From NCBI GenBank assembly GCA_951406725.2, contig OX597815.1, forward strand, positions 209,250,001 to 209,314,000: a stretch of 64,000 bases of DNA. The letters run 5' to 3'. This document shows, in pieces, positions 27,325 through 40,408 of the stretch; position 1 is the stretch's first letter; each line of letters begins with the position of its first letter. The translations under genes and the position numbers were made by a program. The notes beneath the pieces are model-generated. The model was not told the origin of the DNA. It saw only the letters and a program-made list of their open reading frames with translations, and made no database searches. The stretch comes from Octopus vulgaris (taxonomy: Eukaryota).

Positions 27325-28630
27325 TCCTTTACTTGTGGCCATGCTGGTGCATCACCTTGAAGGGTTTGGCTAAACAAGTCACCCCTAGTATTTATCATCA
27401 TCATCATCATCATCATCATCGTTTAACGTCCGCTTTCCATGCTAGCATTAAACGATGATGATGATGATAAATACTAGGGGTGACTAATAAAGTTTGGTAC
27501 TTATTCTATCTAGCTCTTTTGCCGAACTGTTAAGTTACAAGGACATAAATAAACCAGCACTGGTTGCCAAGCAGTTGTCGGAAGGACAAACTTAAACATA
27601 AAGACACCCACACATACATTTAATCTAAGGTTTACCTGCTGAAGAAGACTTCGCCTAGCAAATTATTTTATTTGCTAAAAGTAGTCTGAAACCATTGGTC
27701 CAGGAGTTAGATGGTAAATGTTTTTATTCTTCATTCCCTTCAAAATTTTATCTCTAATAGTGGTTTGGAATTTAACTGTTCTCTCTAGCGTGCAAGGAGT
27801 CCTATGATGGATGCCTCTTATGTGTTTAAAGGTACACTGTAATTATATATAAATATGTATGTAAGTATGTATGTATGTATGTATGTATGTATGTGTGTAT
27901 GTATGTATGTATGTATGTATGTATGTATGTATGTGTGTATGTATGTATGTATGTATGTATGTATGTATGTATGTATGTATGTATGTATGTATGCATGTAT
28001 GTATGTGTGTATGTATGTATGTATGTAATTATGTGTGTATGCATGTATGTATGTATGTATGTATGTATGTAAGTATGTATGCGTGTATGTATGTGTGTAT
28101 GCATGTATGTATGTATGTATGTAAGTATGTATGCATGCATGTATGTGTGTATGCATGTATGTATGTATGTATGTAAGTATGTATGCATGCATGTATGTGT
28201 GTATGCATGTATGTATGTATGTATGTATGTATGCATGTATGTGTGTATGCATGTATGTATGTATGTATGTATGTATGTATGCATGTATGTATGTATGTAA
28301 GTATGTATGCATGTATGTATGTGTGTATGTATGTATGTATGTAATTATGTGTGTATGCATGTATGTATGTATGTATGTATGTATGTAAGTATGTATGCGT
28401 GTATGTATGTGTGTATGCATGTATGTATGTATGTATGTATGTATGTAAGTATGTATGCGTGTATGTATATGTGTATGCATGTTTGTATGTATGTATATGA
28501 CAGACTTCCACACAGTTTCCATCTATTAAATTCACCCACAAGACATTTGTTGGCCCAAAGTGCTTCCACAAGGTGCCATACTGAACCTGAAACCAAGTGG
28601 TTGCAAAGTGACCTTCTTAACCACTCAGGC
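27325..28630 (-). mobile_element. Old SINE A expanded by insertions and a ~640-bp (TATG)n tract
   Basis: Tail part at 27325-27610, head part at 28498-28630. Confidence 0.7.
27623..27712 (+). ncRNA. Type I hammerhead ribozyme motif
   Basis: Stem I CCTG/CAGG extended by ATCTAA/TTAGAT; CTGAAGA 27639-45; stem II AGACT/AGTCT; GAAA 27688-91; stem III CC-ATT-GG; GUC site ending 27700. Confidence 0.85.
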
Positions 28631-29154
28631 ATACTTGTAAATCTTTTTTCTGTATATGTATATCATGAACTACACTGTCTAATGTGTCCCTTCACCATTT
28701 CTTTTAAACGTGGAAGTTTTCAGTTTAAATACCATTTGGTTGCTATTTCTAGAAGATTGAGTGACTGCATAGAGGCTTCCATGTCGATTAAGAAAATAGA
28801 AAAAGATATTGAATTTATAGAATTAATTTCAATTAGTAAGAAAAATGAATACAAAACCATAAACAAAGAAGCAAATAAAACCACTATTATATTTATAAGT
28901 TCAGATTTCTATTAAAGCAATGTTGAAAGGAAAGTTCTGTAATAAAGCACCAATGCCATTAACAGGAAACATTGGTTCACTGATCATGTGTCCATATAAA
29001 TTGGTGATTGATTACAATTTCTGATTTTGAACCTAGCTAATCAATCCTTTTGAAGAAGCCAAGATATGAAGATAGGGCTACATAGCTTGGAGGTTTGCTT
29101 CAAAAATTTGTGGTTCAAAGTTTGAGCTGACTGTTTGGCACTTTGGGCGAGTGT

Positions 29155-29447
29155 AGAGGCACATGGCCGAGTGGTTAGAGCAGCAGACTCACGGTCAAGG
29201 GATCGCAAGTTCGAATTTCAGACCAGGCGATGTGTGTGTTTATGAGCGAAACACCTAGACTCCACGCGGCTCCAGCAGAAGGTAATGGCAAACTTCTGCT
29301 GACTCTTTCGCCACAACTTTCTCTCACTCTTTCCTCCTGCATCTTGCAGCTCACCTGCGATGGACTGGCGTCCCATCCAGGTGGGGAATCTATATGCCAA
29401 GGAAACCGGGAAACCAGCCCTTATGAGCCAGGCATGGCTCGAGAACA
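29155..29447 (+). mobile_element. SINE with C-like head/body and D-like tail
   Basis: CACAACTTTCTCTCACTC body followed by GCGATGGACTGGCGTCCCATCCAG. Confidence 0.75.
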
Positions 29448-29829
29448 ACACACAACTTTGGGCGGGTGCTTTTTGTCTTGCCTTGATTCAATTCAGGTCT
29501 TTTGATGAAAACTGGGTAGCTGGAAACTGTGTGGAAACCTTTTGGATGGACTATTTGCTCTTTGGTGGTAGACTTAATTCCTTGCAGAGATGCATCGTGT
29601 TACTTGTATGGTTTGAGAGCATCAGCTTAGACTGTTTGTTCATGCTGTTTGATTTTCCGACTTGAATCCTGCATGCTGTGTTCTTTTCTCTGAGGATCCT
29701 GCTGGGGTGGTGATTCACGCTGGTTGACCACATGCCTCATGATCATGGCAGATGAGGAAGTATTTCACGGAGTGGGAACTGACTGGAATACTGCTCGGAA
29801 GGTTGTCTGGGATGACCTAAGCAAATACC

Positions 29830-30431
29830 TATTTCTTTATTACCCACAAGTGTCTAAACACAGAGGGGACAAACAAGGACAGACATAGGCATTAAGTCGA
29901 TTACATCGACCTCAGTGCGTTAATGGTACTTAATTTATCGACCCTGAAAAGATGAAAGGCAAAGTCGACCTCGGCAGAATTTGAACTCAGAACGTAGCGG
30001 CAGATGAAATACCTATTTCTTTATTACCCACAAGGGTCTAAACACAGAAAGGACAAACAAGGACAGACATAGGTATTAAGTCGATTACATCGACCCTAGT
30101 GCGTTAATGGTACTTAATTTATCGACCCCGAAAAGATGAAAGGCAAAGTTGACCTTAGCAGAATTTGAACTCAGAACGTAGTGGCAGATGAAATACCTAT
30201 TTCTTTATTACCCACAAGGGTCTAAACACAGAGGGGACAAACAAGGACAGACATAGGTATTAAGTTGATTACATCGCTCCCAGTGCATTAATGGTACTTA
30301 ATTTATCGACCCCAAAAGGATGAAAGGCAAAGTCAACCTCGGCGGAATTTGAACTCAGAACGTAGCGGCAGACGAAACAGCGCTAAGCATTTCGCCTGGC
30401 GTGCTAACGTTTCTGCCAGCTCGCCACCTTA
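29830..30431 (-). mobile_element. SINE family B trimer within one TSD
   Basis: Three ~186-bp units; flanking direct repeat GGGATGACCTAAGCAAATACC at 29809-29829 and 30432-30452. Confidence 0.9.
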
Positions 30432-30782
30432 GGGATGACCTAAGCAAATACCAACAAACAATGGTTGCAGCAATGTGCTACAGCAGTGTGTCGCAACAGC
30501 ATGCTTCAGCAGTGCTTGAACTCATAACTGAAATGACCTGACCTGTTTCTAGCAGAGTTCAAACTGTTGCAAGTATTTGGGGCAAGACACCAATTTGTGG
30601 TTGGTTTTCTCCTTTCCCCCTCACCTCTTTCAACAGCTCTGCTCTGCCATCTCTCATTAAGCTATGAAAACAAATGAATAATAATAAATACATACCAGTA
30701 ATATGTTAGGGTCAATCAACAAATAAGCGACAGACGTAAACAGCATCATGGACAAAACCCAGTACTTATTTCCTGTTGGATA

Positions 30783-30975
30783 CCTTTTACTTTCTTTGTT
30801 TCCCTCATTGGACTGTAGCCATGCTGGAGCACCACCCTGGAGAGTTTTAATCAAACAAATTGACCCCAGTGGTGTTTTCGTTTTCTAAGCCTGGTACTTA
30901 TTTTGCTGTTCTCTTTTTGCCAAACTGCTAAGTTATGAGGAAATGAACAAACCAACACTGGTTGTCAAGCAGCGG
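30783..30975 (-). mobile_element. SINE A 3' half, diverged
   Basis: GCCATGCTGGAGCACC...GGTTGTCAAGC. Confidence 0.7.
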
Positions 30976-31105
30976 TGAAGAATGCTGGATTTTGCTTATT
31001 AGTCAAAGAAATTAATTAGCAATATCATTACCATGTGTATACTTAGCTAGTAACTGTCTGAGACTACTCAAGAACTGAGATGATAGAAACAACATCATCA
31101 TTATC

Positions 31106-31137
<32 letters not shown>

Positions 31138-32137
31138 AAGTACAATGTTTTCAGAAAATATTTATAGCTTATTTGATATATTTGATTTGTATAAATTTTA
31201 CATTTCAGAAGTTTTCTGTTTCTTTTCTTGTAATCAAAAAGGACCAAAAGAGTGAAAACTTTGCCGGAACTTGGTTTCCAACTTATGTATTATTTAGATG
31301 TTCTGCAGTTCATTATCGACATTGAGATCTGTGTTAATTTCTTGCTTGAATACCTTAATAACAAACTACACGTGTGATGTCATTAAACACAAACAAACTT
31401 AGCCTTTTATTGGAGACTTTATTAGTAGTACTCATGCAGAAATAATTGTTTTCATAAAGAACTTAAGCAAGTCCTGCATCTTATCAGATCTAAAGAAACA
31501 TTTTAGATTGCATGTCACGAAATAAGACACACTCAATAACAAAGCCTGGTATAGCTCGGAGAAAATTTACTTCACAAGAATGTGCTTCATTTGAAATATA
31601 CAGTATAAGCCAGCTACAAGTAAATTACAAGGGAAAAGTAATTAACAAACCAACATAGAAAATTAACAGAATCGTACTATAAATATTGATATTGCTCATA
31701 TGATTCACTAACAACATTTTCACTGCTATTGGAGCAACAAACGTGAACTTGTGTTATTATCATAGTTGAATGAATTTCCCACTCAGAACAGGATATTAAA
31801 AAGTGTTTTTCAATCAGTTGACATTAAAGTCTAATGATTAGTTGACATGAGTCAATCTTCAATGAGTTTTGTTGAAACTTCCAGCCTTGTGTTCAAGACA
31901 CCTAGCTAGAAGTTTTGCCTTGAGTTACTGTTTAGATGTAAATTTCTAAGAACGGTCAGTAGATCTTTCCTTCCTTTTCCCTTTCATTACCTTTTCCTCT
32001 TTCATATCTGGCACATAAACTCCTGATCAGCTAATTTCTTCCTCTCTTTCTCTCTTTTATTCTCTCTCAAACTTGCTTCTTATGTAATTTGTTAAACATG
32101 TCAATATTATCATTTGTCTTAATATTAACACTACCAA

Positions 32138-33221
32138 AGGCAGCAAGATGGTAGCTATGCTAATACGCTGGGCAGAATGCTTAGTGGCGTTTCATCCGTC
32201 TTTATGTTCTGAGTTCAAGTTTTACCAAGGTCAGCTTTGCTTTCCATCCTTTCAATGTTGATAAAATAAGTAGATGCCACGTAAAAAGCATCCAGTTCAC
32301 ACTGTGAAGTAGCTGGCATGTGGAAGGGCATACAGCTGTAAAAACCTTGCCAAAAATCAACCTCACCTGTGCTTGTACCATGTAAAAAGCTCAGTCCGCT
32401 CTGTAGGGTGGTTGGTATTAGGAAGGGTATCCAGCCATAAAACCCCTGCCAAAACAGGCACAGAAGTCTGGTGCAGGCTCCTGCCTGGTCAGTCCCTGTC
32501 AAAGCATCTAACCCACACTAGCATGGAAGGCAGACATTAAACAGTGAAGATGATAATGATGATGATGATGCTGTTGCTGATGATGATGGTGATGATGGTG
32601 ATGATGAACACAGGGGTCAATGTATATTTCTTTACTACCCACAAGGGGCTAAACACAGAGAGGACAAACAAAGACAGACAAACGGATTTAAGTCGATTGC
32701 ATCGACCCCAGTGCGTAACTGGTACTTATTTAATCGACCCCGAAAGGACGAAAGGCAAAGTCGACCTCGGCGGAATTTGAACTCAGAACGTAATGGCAGA
32801 CGAAACACGGCTACGCATTTCGCCTGGTGTGCTAACGAATCTACCAGCTCGACTTACCCCCTCTCACGAAACCAATATTACCGTTTGTATTAATATTATC
32901 GTTACCAAAGGAGGTGAACTGGCAGCATAGTTAACAAAAGGCAGAGGAGTGGCTGTGTGGTGAGTAGCTTGCTTACCAACCACATGGTTCCGGGTTCAGT
33001 CCCACTGTGTGGCACTTTGGGCAAGTGTCTTCTACTATAGCCTCGGGTCAACCAGAGCCTTGTGAGTGGATCTGGTAGACAGAAACTGAAAGAAGCCCAT
33101 CGTATATATGTATGTGTGTGTATATGTTTGTGTGTCTGTGTTTGTCCCCCCAACATCGCTTGACAACCAAACCCTTGTGAGTGGATTTGGTAGATGGAAA
33201 CTGAAAGAAGCCCGTCGTATG

Positions 33222-33252
<31 letters not shown>

Positions 33253-33875
33253 CTATGTTTGTCCCCCCAACATTGCTTGACAATCGATGCTGGTGTGTTT
33301 ACGTACCCGTAACTGAGTGGTTCAGCAAAAGAGACCGATAGAATAAGTACTAGGCTTACAAAGAATAAGTCCTGGGGTCGATTTGCTCGACTAAAGGCGG
33401 TGCTCCAGCATGGCCACAGTCAAATGACTGAAACACTGGACAAAATGCTTAGTGGTGTTTCATTCGTCCTTACAATCTATGTTCAAATCCTGCTGAGGTC
33501 AACTTTACCTTTCATCCTTTCAGGGTCAGTAAATTAGCACTGAGGTCGATGTAATCAACTTAATCCTTCCTCCAAATTGCTGGCCTTGTGCCAAAATTTG
33601 AAGCCAATATTGAGACTACCATAGATTCCAGCTGCCTACCACATTGGTAATAAACGAAGACTTAAGTAGAACTAGGAAATGAATGTCACAAATGTTTCTG
33701 CAATATTATTAACCATTTACTTTCATTACTCTTCTACTCTCTTTTACTTGTTTCAGTCATGTGACTGTGGCCATGCTGGAGCACCGCCTTTAGTCGAGCA
33801 AATTGACCCCAGGACTTATTCTTTTTAAGCCTAGTACTTATTCTATCGGTCTCTTTTGCCAAACTGCTAAGTTAC
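32138..33875. mobile_element. SINE cluster: B partial (32138+), E (32275-32545 +), B (32623-32850 -), A with internal duplication (32940-33435 +), B (33437-33608 +), A 3' part (33735-33875 -)
   Basis: Each segment matches the family sequences defined above. Confidence 0.8.
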
Positions 33876-33977
33876 AATTTTTTTGGCATTGGGTGAAGAA
33901 GAGAGAAATATATGAGAATAAATATGTGGGCAGTATTTCCACAATTCTTTCTGTATAGAGGAATAGTGGCTGATAAT

Positions 33978-34385
33978 ATCCTCCTCCTCCTCCTCCTAGT
34001 CCTTCTCCTCCTCGTCCTTCTCCTCCTCGTCGTCCTCCTCCTCCTCGTCCTCCTCCCCCTCCTCGTCCTCCTCGTCCTCCTCCCTATCCTCCTCCTCATC
34101 CACTCCCCACCCCTCTTCCTCGCCGTCATCATCGTTGTTGTCACCATCGTCGTTGCTGCCACCACTGCTGCTGCCGCCAACACCACCACCACCATCATTG
34201 TCATCACCACCACCATCATTCTCACCAGCTTTATCATCATTATTATCGTCATTGTCATCATCACTGTCATCATCATCCCCCACCACCCCCACCAAGTCCC
34301 CACCATCATCATCGTTATCATTATCACCATTATCACTGTTATTAGCATTGTTCTCATAATTATCTTCGTTATTTCTATCATTATC
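33978..34385. repeat. (CCT)/(CAT)/(CAC) low-complexity tract
   Basis: Directly visible. Confidence 0.9.
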
Positions 34386-34734
34386 GTTTGTTCTTTCTTT
34401 TTTTGTCTTTTCATTCTCTTCTATGTTAATGATCAACTTCGCAAGTAAAGTACCATTCACATACTCTAATGAATGGTTCCTTGCCTCATCATCCTCATTA
34501 TTACTGTTTTTGATAAGGTGGTGAACTGGCAGAACTGTTAGCATACCAGGCAAAAACGCTTAGCGACATCTTGTCTGTCTACATTTTGGGTTCAAATTCT
34601 GCTGAAGTTGACTTGGAGATTTTTCTTTGAGGCCAATGAAATAAGTACCAGCTGAGCACTGGGGTGAATATAATTGACTAGCCCCCTCCTGCCAAATTTC
34701 AGGCTTATTATTATTATTATTTTTTTTTTTTTTT

Positions 34735-34916
34735 CTCTAGTTCCAGCTCAGAGCTGCGGCCATGCTGATGCACCACCGTTTTGTGCTACACTGTTATTGC
34801 GAAGAACCTCGTCTATTATGTGGCACTTGGTGAAGAATGGAGTTTGATATAGCTACTCTCATTTGCACCTCTTGCTGTGCACTAGGTTCATCTGGGACTC
34901 TTGACAGGAAGATGTC

Positions 34917-34918
<2 letters not shown>
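34735..34918 (-). mobile_element. LINE-like 3' end sharing the SINE A terminal motif
   Basis: GGTGGTGCATCAGCATGGCCGCAGCTCTGAGCTG then poly(A)/(TAA)n; between ATT tracts. Confidence 0.55.
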
Positions 34919-34950
<32 letters not shown>

Positions 34951-34958
34951 TAGTCTTA

Positions 34959-35172
34959 AGGTTGCAAGCTGGCAGAATCGTTAGCACGCCGGGCGAAATG
35001 CTTAGTGGTATTTTGTCTGCTTCTACGTTATGAGTTCAAATTCCACTGAGGTTGACTTTTGCCTTTCATCCTTTCGGGGTTGATAAAATAAGTACCAGTT
35101 GAACACTGGGGTTGATGTAATCAATTTAACCCCTTCCCCAAAATTGCTCCCCTTGTGACAAAATTTGAAACC
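34959..35172 (+). mobile_element. SINE family B (short tail)
   Basis: 17-bp TSD ATTATTCAGTAGTCTTA at 34942-34958 and 35173-35189. Confidence 0.9.
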
Positions 35173-35176
35173 ATTA

Positions 35177-35975
35177 TTCAGTAGTCTTATTTTTATTGCA
35201 TGCTTTCACTGCACTACCAAGCACAGCTCTGTGTGCCTTGGGTATGTGCTGTGGTTTGTTGTGGTGCTCTTATTTTTACTGTATTGAAAAAGTTTTGTAT
35301 GTAGTATCCATGCAGTGCCTAGTAGTGCTATTTTTCCATATGTTATATATACTTGCTAGTCCTGGTGTTTTTGTTATGTATTTGTTTGAATATTTTTTAT
35401 CATACCTAATGTGCCTACTGTAATAATTATTATTTCTGTTTTTAGGGTCCACATTTGAGTTACCTCTGTTTCCAGATCTTGGTATTTTGAAAACTTCTTT
35501 GTTATCTGTTGGTTTTGATACACTGATTAGAAAGCATTTTTTTCTTGGTGATCTCTGACAATTATATCTGGCCTATTGGCCTTAATTTCTGTATCTGTGT
35601 GCATTGGCATCTCCCAGAGTATAGTTGCTTTCTTATTTTTTGTGGCCTTTTCTGGAGTGTGCCTATACCATCTTTTTTCTGTTGTTGTTCTATGTCAGAT
35701 TTTGGGTGATGCTTCCTAAATGCTGTCATTATTTTTCTTGTTTTCCTGTCTATTTTGATTAGTTCATTTAGAGTCCAGTTAAAAATATTGTAGCTGTTAC
35801 TTATAACGGGGACAATTAGAATATTAACACCTATTATCTTGTTTTTTGCATTAAGCTCTATGTCCAGTATTAATCTAACCCATGCTAGCATGGAAAACGG
35901 ACGTTAAACGATGATGATGATGATGATGATGAATCTAATTCATCTATAGTATTCCTTTCTTATCTTCTCTTTCTG
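35177..35975 (-). mobile_element. Dong/R4-clade LINE, internally deleted
   Basis: ELNAKNKIIGVN...IDRKTRKIMT...HHPKSDIE (post-RT region) and RPDIIVRD (RLE); 3' end abuts (TAA)n; short E fragment at 35877-35930. Confidence 0.8.
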
Positions 35976-36304
35976 AGAGCTATCTACCCCCAAAATGTGA
36001 GAGGTAACATAGTGGTTCGGCAAAAGAGACCGATAGAATAAGTACTAGGCTTACAAAGAATAAGTCCTGGGGTTGATTTGCTCGACTAAAGGTGGTGCCC
36101 CAGCATGGCCACAGTCAAATGACTGAAACAAGTAAAAGAGTGAAAGAAATTAAAGGGCATATCAGCCACTAAGGGACATGCTCAGGTGGTTAAGGTCAAG
36201 CAACTGACAAGCAAATCTGTTGTATTGAGTAGAATATTTGCTACAAGGATATTTCTGCTTCAGCACCTCAGTCCCGAATCTATCTGAAATGTAAGCTCTC
36301 TTTT

Positions 36305-36702
36305 TTACTCTTTTACTCTTTTACTTGTTTCAGTCATTTGACTGCGGCCATGCTGGAGCACCGCCTTTAATCGAGCAACTCGACCTCGGGACTTATTCTT
36401 TTGTAAGCCCAGTACTTATTCTATCGGTCTCTTTTGCCGAACCGCTAAGTGATGGGGACATAAACACACCAGCATCGGTTGTCAATCAATGCTAGGGGGA
36501 CAAACACAGACACACAAACACACGCACGCATATATATATATACGACAGGCTTCTTTCAGTTTCCGTCTACCAAATCCACTCACAAGGCTTTGGTCGGCCC
36601 GAGGCTATGGTAGAAGACACTTGCCCAAGGTTCCACGCAGTGGGACTGAACCCGGAACCATGTGGTTGGTAAACAAGCTACTCACCACACAGCCACTCCT
36701 GT
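36305..36702 (-). mobile_element. SINE family A, full length
   Basis: Match to A consensus. Confidence 0.92.
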
Positions 36703-37110
36703 GTTTAAAGGGAATATTAGTCATTTCCTTTGATTTTTAGATAGAAGCAAATAGGAAATAACACTTACTCTGACCAAAGACAAAAAAAAAAGAAAAAAAC
36801 TCGTTCCACAGAATTATTGGTTCATTCTTTCATTGGGGGTTTTGCTTGTTTTTCTTCGGGGTTTTACCAAAAATAAAAAAAAAGGAAGAGTAAATTTAAT
36901 AGAGTGATCCAAGAACATTTCAGCTCTATCTTATTTCTGATAATTTCAACTATCTTAAGTACATACAAGACACATGTTCAAGATGTAATGTTGTAGGATA
37001 AACTCCAAACTCCATGGTTACTAATCAAACTTCAGAACCACAAGGCCATACTTGTGACTATACCCATGCCTGCTCCATCATAGTTCCATCAATGGTATAT
37101 TTCAACGGAT

Positions 37111-37535
37111 AAGGCAGTGAGCTGGCAGAATTGTTAGCACGCTGCGCAAAATGCTTTGTGGTATTTCGTCTGCGGCTACGTTCTGAGTTCAAATTCCGCC
37201 GAGGTCGACTTTGCCTTTCATCCTTTCGGGGTCGATTGAATAAGTACCAGTTACGCACTAGGGTCGATATAATTGATTTAATACCTATGTCTGTCCTTGT
37301 TTGTCCTCTCTGTGTTTAGCCCCTCGTGGGTAGTAAAGAAATAGGTATTTCGTCGCCGCTACGTTCTGAGTTCAAATTCTGCCGAGATCGACTTTGCCTT
37401 TCATCCTTTCGGGGTCGATTAAAAAAGTACCAGTTATGCACTGGGGTCGATATAATTGACTTAATCCGTTTGTCTGTCCTTGTTTGTCCCCTCTACGTTT
37501 AGCCCCTTGTGGGTAGTAAAGAAATAGGTATATTT
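37111..37535 (+). mobile_element. SINE family B dimer
   Basis: Second unit restarts at GTATTTCGTC after AAAGAAATAG. Confidence 0.9.
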
Positions 37536-38271
37536 CAACAGATTTCTGTCATAACTAGTTTCACTTTTTCTTTGGGGGCTTTGCTTTGTTTTTCTTTGGG
37601 GCTTTACCAAAAAAAAAAAAAATATAGAAAAGAAAAAAAACGAAAAGGAAGAATAGACTTAATAGGTAGGTCCGAGAAAATTACAGCTTTATCTTATTTC
37701 TGATAATAATATTAAATATTGCGGAAACCAAAAAAAAAAAAAAAAAAAAAGGATAAAAATGTAACAAAGAAATATGGAATCAAAACAAGCGACAATAGCA
37801 ACAATGACACTTTTGGAATGTTTATCAGTTTGTGTAAACTGAGATAAAATTAAGCACAACCATCGACGATAATAACATTATCACCTGACATGAAGAGAAG
37901 AAGAAGAAAAACTGTATTAACTACATTATCCCTCTCAACCATAATAGCAGCAACAGCAGCATCATCTTTACCACCAACAACAACAGTGACTGTGGCGCCA
38001 ATGAAGATGAGGATAATGACAATGTTAACAATGATGATGATGATGATGATGATGGTATATAAAATGCATTAAAAATATATCAGGCTATGTATATGTATAT
38101 AAATGTATGTTTATTCATAAATACTGTTCTTATATGAAATGCATTAAAATATATCAGGAATATATCTATATCTATACCCAGGTGTATATATATATATATA
38201 TATATATACATATATTTATACACACATATATATATACATACATATATATATATATTTGCATATATACATAC

Positions 38272-38304
<33 letters not shown>

Positions 38305-39019
38305 CACACACATACATACATACATATTTATCTGTATGTATGTAATTATTATTATCAATGTTGTATGTATACGCACATGTATATACATGTTTTAATACCA
38401 TCATTTAAAATAAAAAATATAGATAACTTATTACTGTTGAGAGAAATTTTGTAAGAATTATCACTGCTAAAGCGCAATACATTAAATTCAAAGAGGTACC
38501 AAAGCTGATGGAATATAAAAACGGTTTGATAGATATCAGGATTTCTTTTCCTCCGTTCCTCGCTTCCCCACTTTTTAATAAAGATATTACCTGATATTAA
38601 GAAGTAAATAGTCTGAAAGCAATGAGGTGGACAAAAGAGAATCTACTTCATCTGGGAAATAATTTGAATATGTATATATGTATGTATGCATCTATGTATG
38701 TATGTATGTGTGTATTTATATATGTATGTGTGTACACATGTATGTATGTGTATTTATATATGTATGTGTGTACACATGTATGTATGTGTATATATGTATA
38801 TATATATATGTGTGTGTTTTTGTATATATATATATATATGTTTGTATGTAGCTGATGTCATAAAAATTTATAAACTTCGAGTGAACATGACGTAATTCTT
38901 TTAAATTTCTCTTTGGAATGGTGGTACTTGTAGCAGCTAAAGCTATAATTAATAGTGTGTAAATACTGGGTTATAAATTCGCTTTGGAAAGAAAAAGGTC
39001 AGAGGCTGGCAATGGGACT

Positions 39020-39378
39020 CGAGCCTACTGGCACGAGGGCCAGTTTCGTGGTACTGGCAATGGCCACGCTGAAATGGTGCTTTTTATGTGCCACCTGCAC
39101 AGGAGCCAGTCCAGCGGCACTGGCAATGACCTTGCTTGAATGTTTTTTTCACGTGCCACCAGCACAAGTGCCAGTAAGGAGACGCAGGTAACGATCACAT
39201 TTAAATGGTGTGTTTAATGTGCCATCGGCATGGAGGCCAGTTTGTTGCTCTGGCAATGGTCTCACTCATATGGTACTCTTAGCGCTCCACTAGCACGGAT
39301 GCCAGTCACCAAGTTTGATTTCGATTTCACGTGCCTCAACAGGTCTTCACAATCGAGTTTGATTCCGACTTCGATTTC
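39020..39378 (-). mobile_element. Family E internal segment with 4-5 diverged ~62-bp modules
   Basis: Repeated GCCAG-loop-ACTGGC and GTGCNGGTGGCAC-TAAAAAGCACC scaffold. Confidence 0.75.
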
Positions 39379-39753
39379 ATATATAAATATATACATATAT
39401 GTAAGCATGTATCTATAATATATTGATCTCTCTTGTTGAACTACTAAGTTGCAAAACATAAAGGATGCAGCAGAAACATTAATACTGAAATGAAATCACA
39501 CGCACACACACACACTAATATACACTCAGAAACTACCTAATTAGATTTTTCTTTCTTTCATAAACTGAACACCTGATTTATGAGACAGTATTTTTTTGTG
39601 TTTCTTTAATTTCTTTAATTATTTATCTGTTTACTTATTTTGCCAACATTGTTTTATGTCTTTGGGGAAGATACATTTCTTCTTGCTGCCAATTTGGGTT
39701 ACTGTTCTGTATCTCACATTTACATCTTGTCATATTGTGGATGTATATGTTCT

Positions 39754-39860
<107 letters not shown>

Positions 39861-39875
39861 CTATATATAATATAC

Positions 39876-39910
<35 letters not shown>

Positions 39911-39936
39911 AATAAATATATATATATATATATATA

Positions 39937-40408
39937 TCATCATCATCATCATCATTTAACGTCCGCTTTCCATGCTAGCATGGGTTGGACGGTTCGACCG
40001 GGGTTCTGGGGAGCCCGAAGGCTGCACCAGGCCAGTCAGATCTGACAGTGTTTCTACAGCTGGATGCCCTTCCTAACGCCAGCCACTCCGAGAGTGTAGT
40101 GGGTGATTTTATGTGCCACCGACACAGGTGCCAGACGAGGCTGGCGAACGGCCACGCTCGGATGGTGTTTTTATGTGCCACCGACACAGGTGCCAGACAA
40201 GGCTAGCAGACGACCACGCTCGGATGGTGTTTTTATGTGCCACCGACACAGGTGCCAGACGAGGCTGGCGAACGGCCACGCTCGGATGGTGTTTTTATGT
40301 GCCACCGACACAGGTGCCAGACAAGGCTAGCAGAGACCACGCTCGGATGGTGTTTTTATGTGCCACCGACACAGGTGCCAGACAAGGCTGGCGAACGGCC
40401 ACGCTCGG

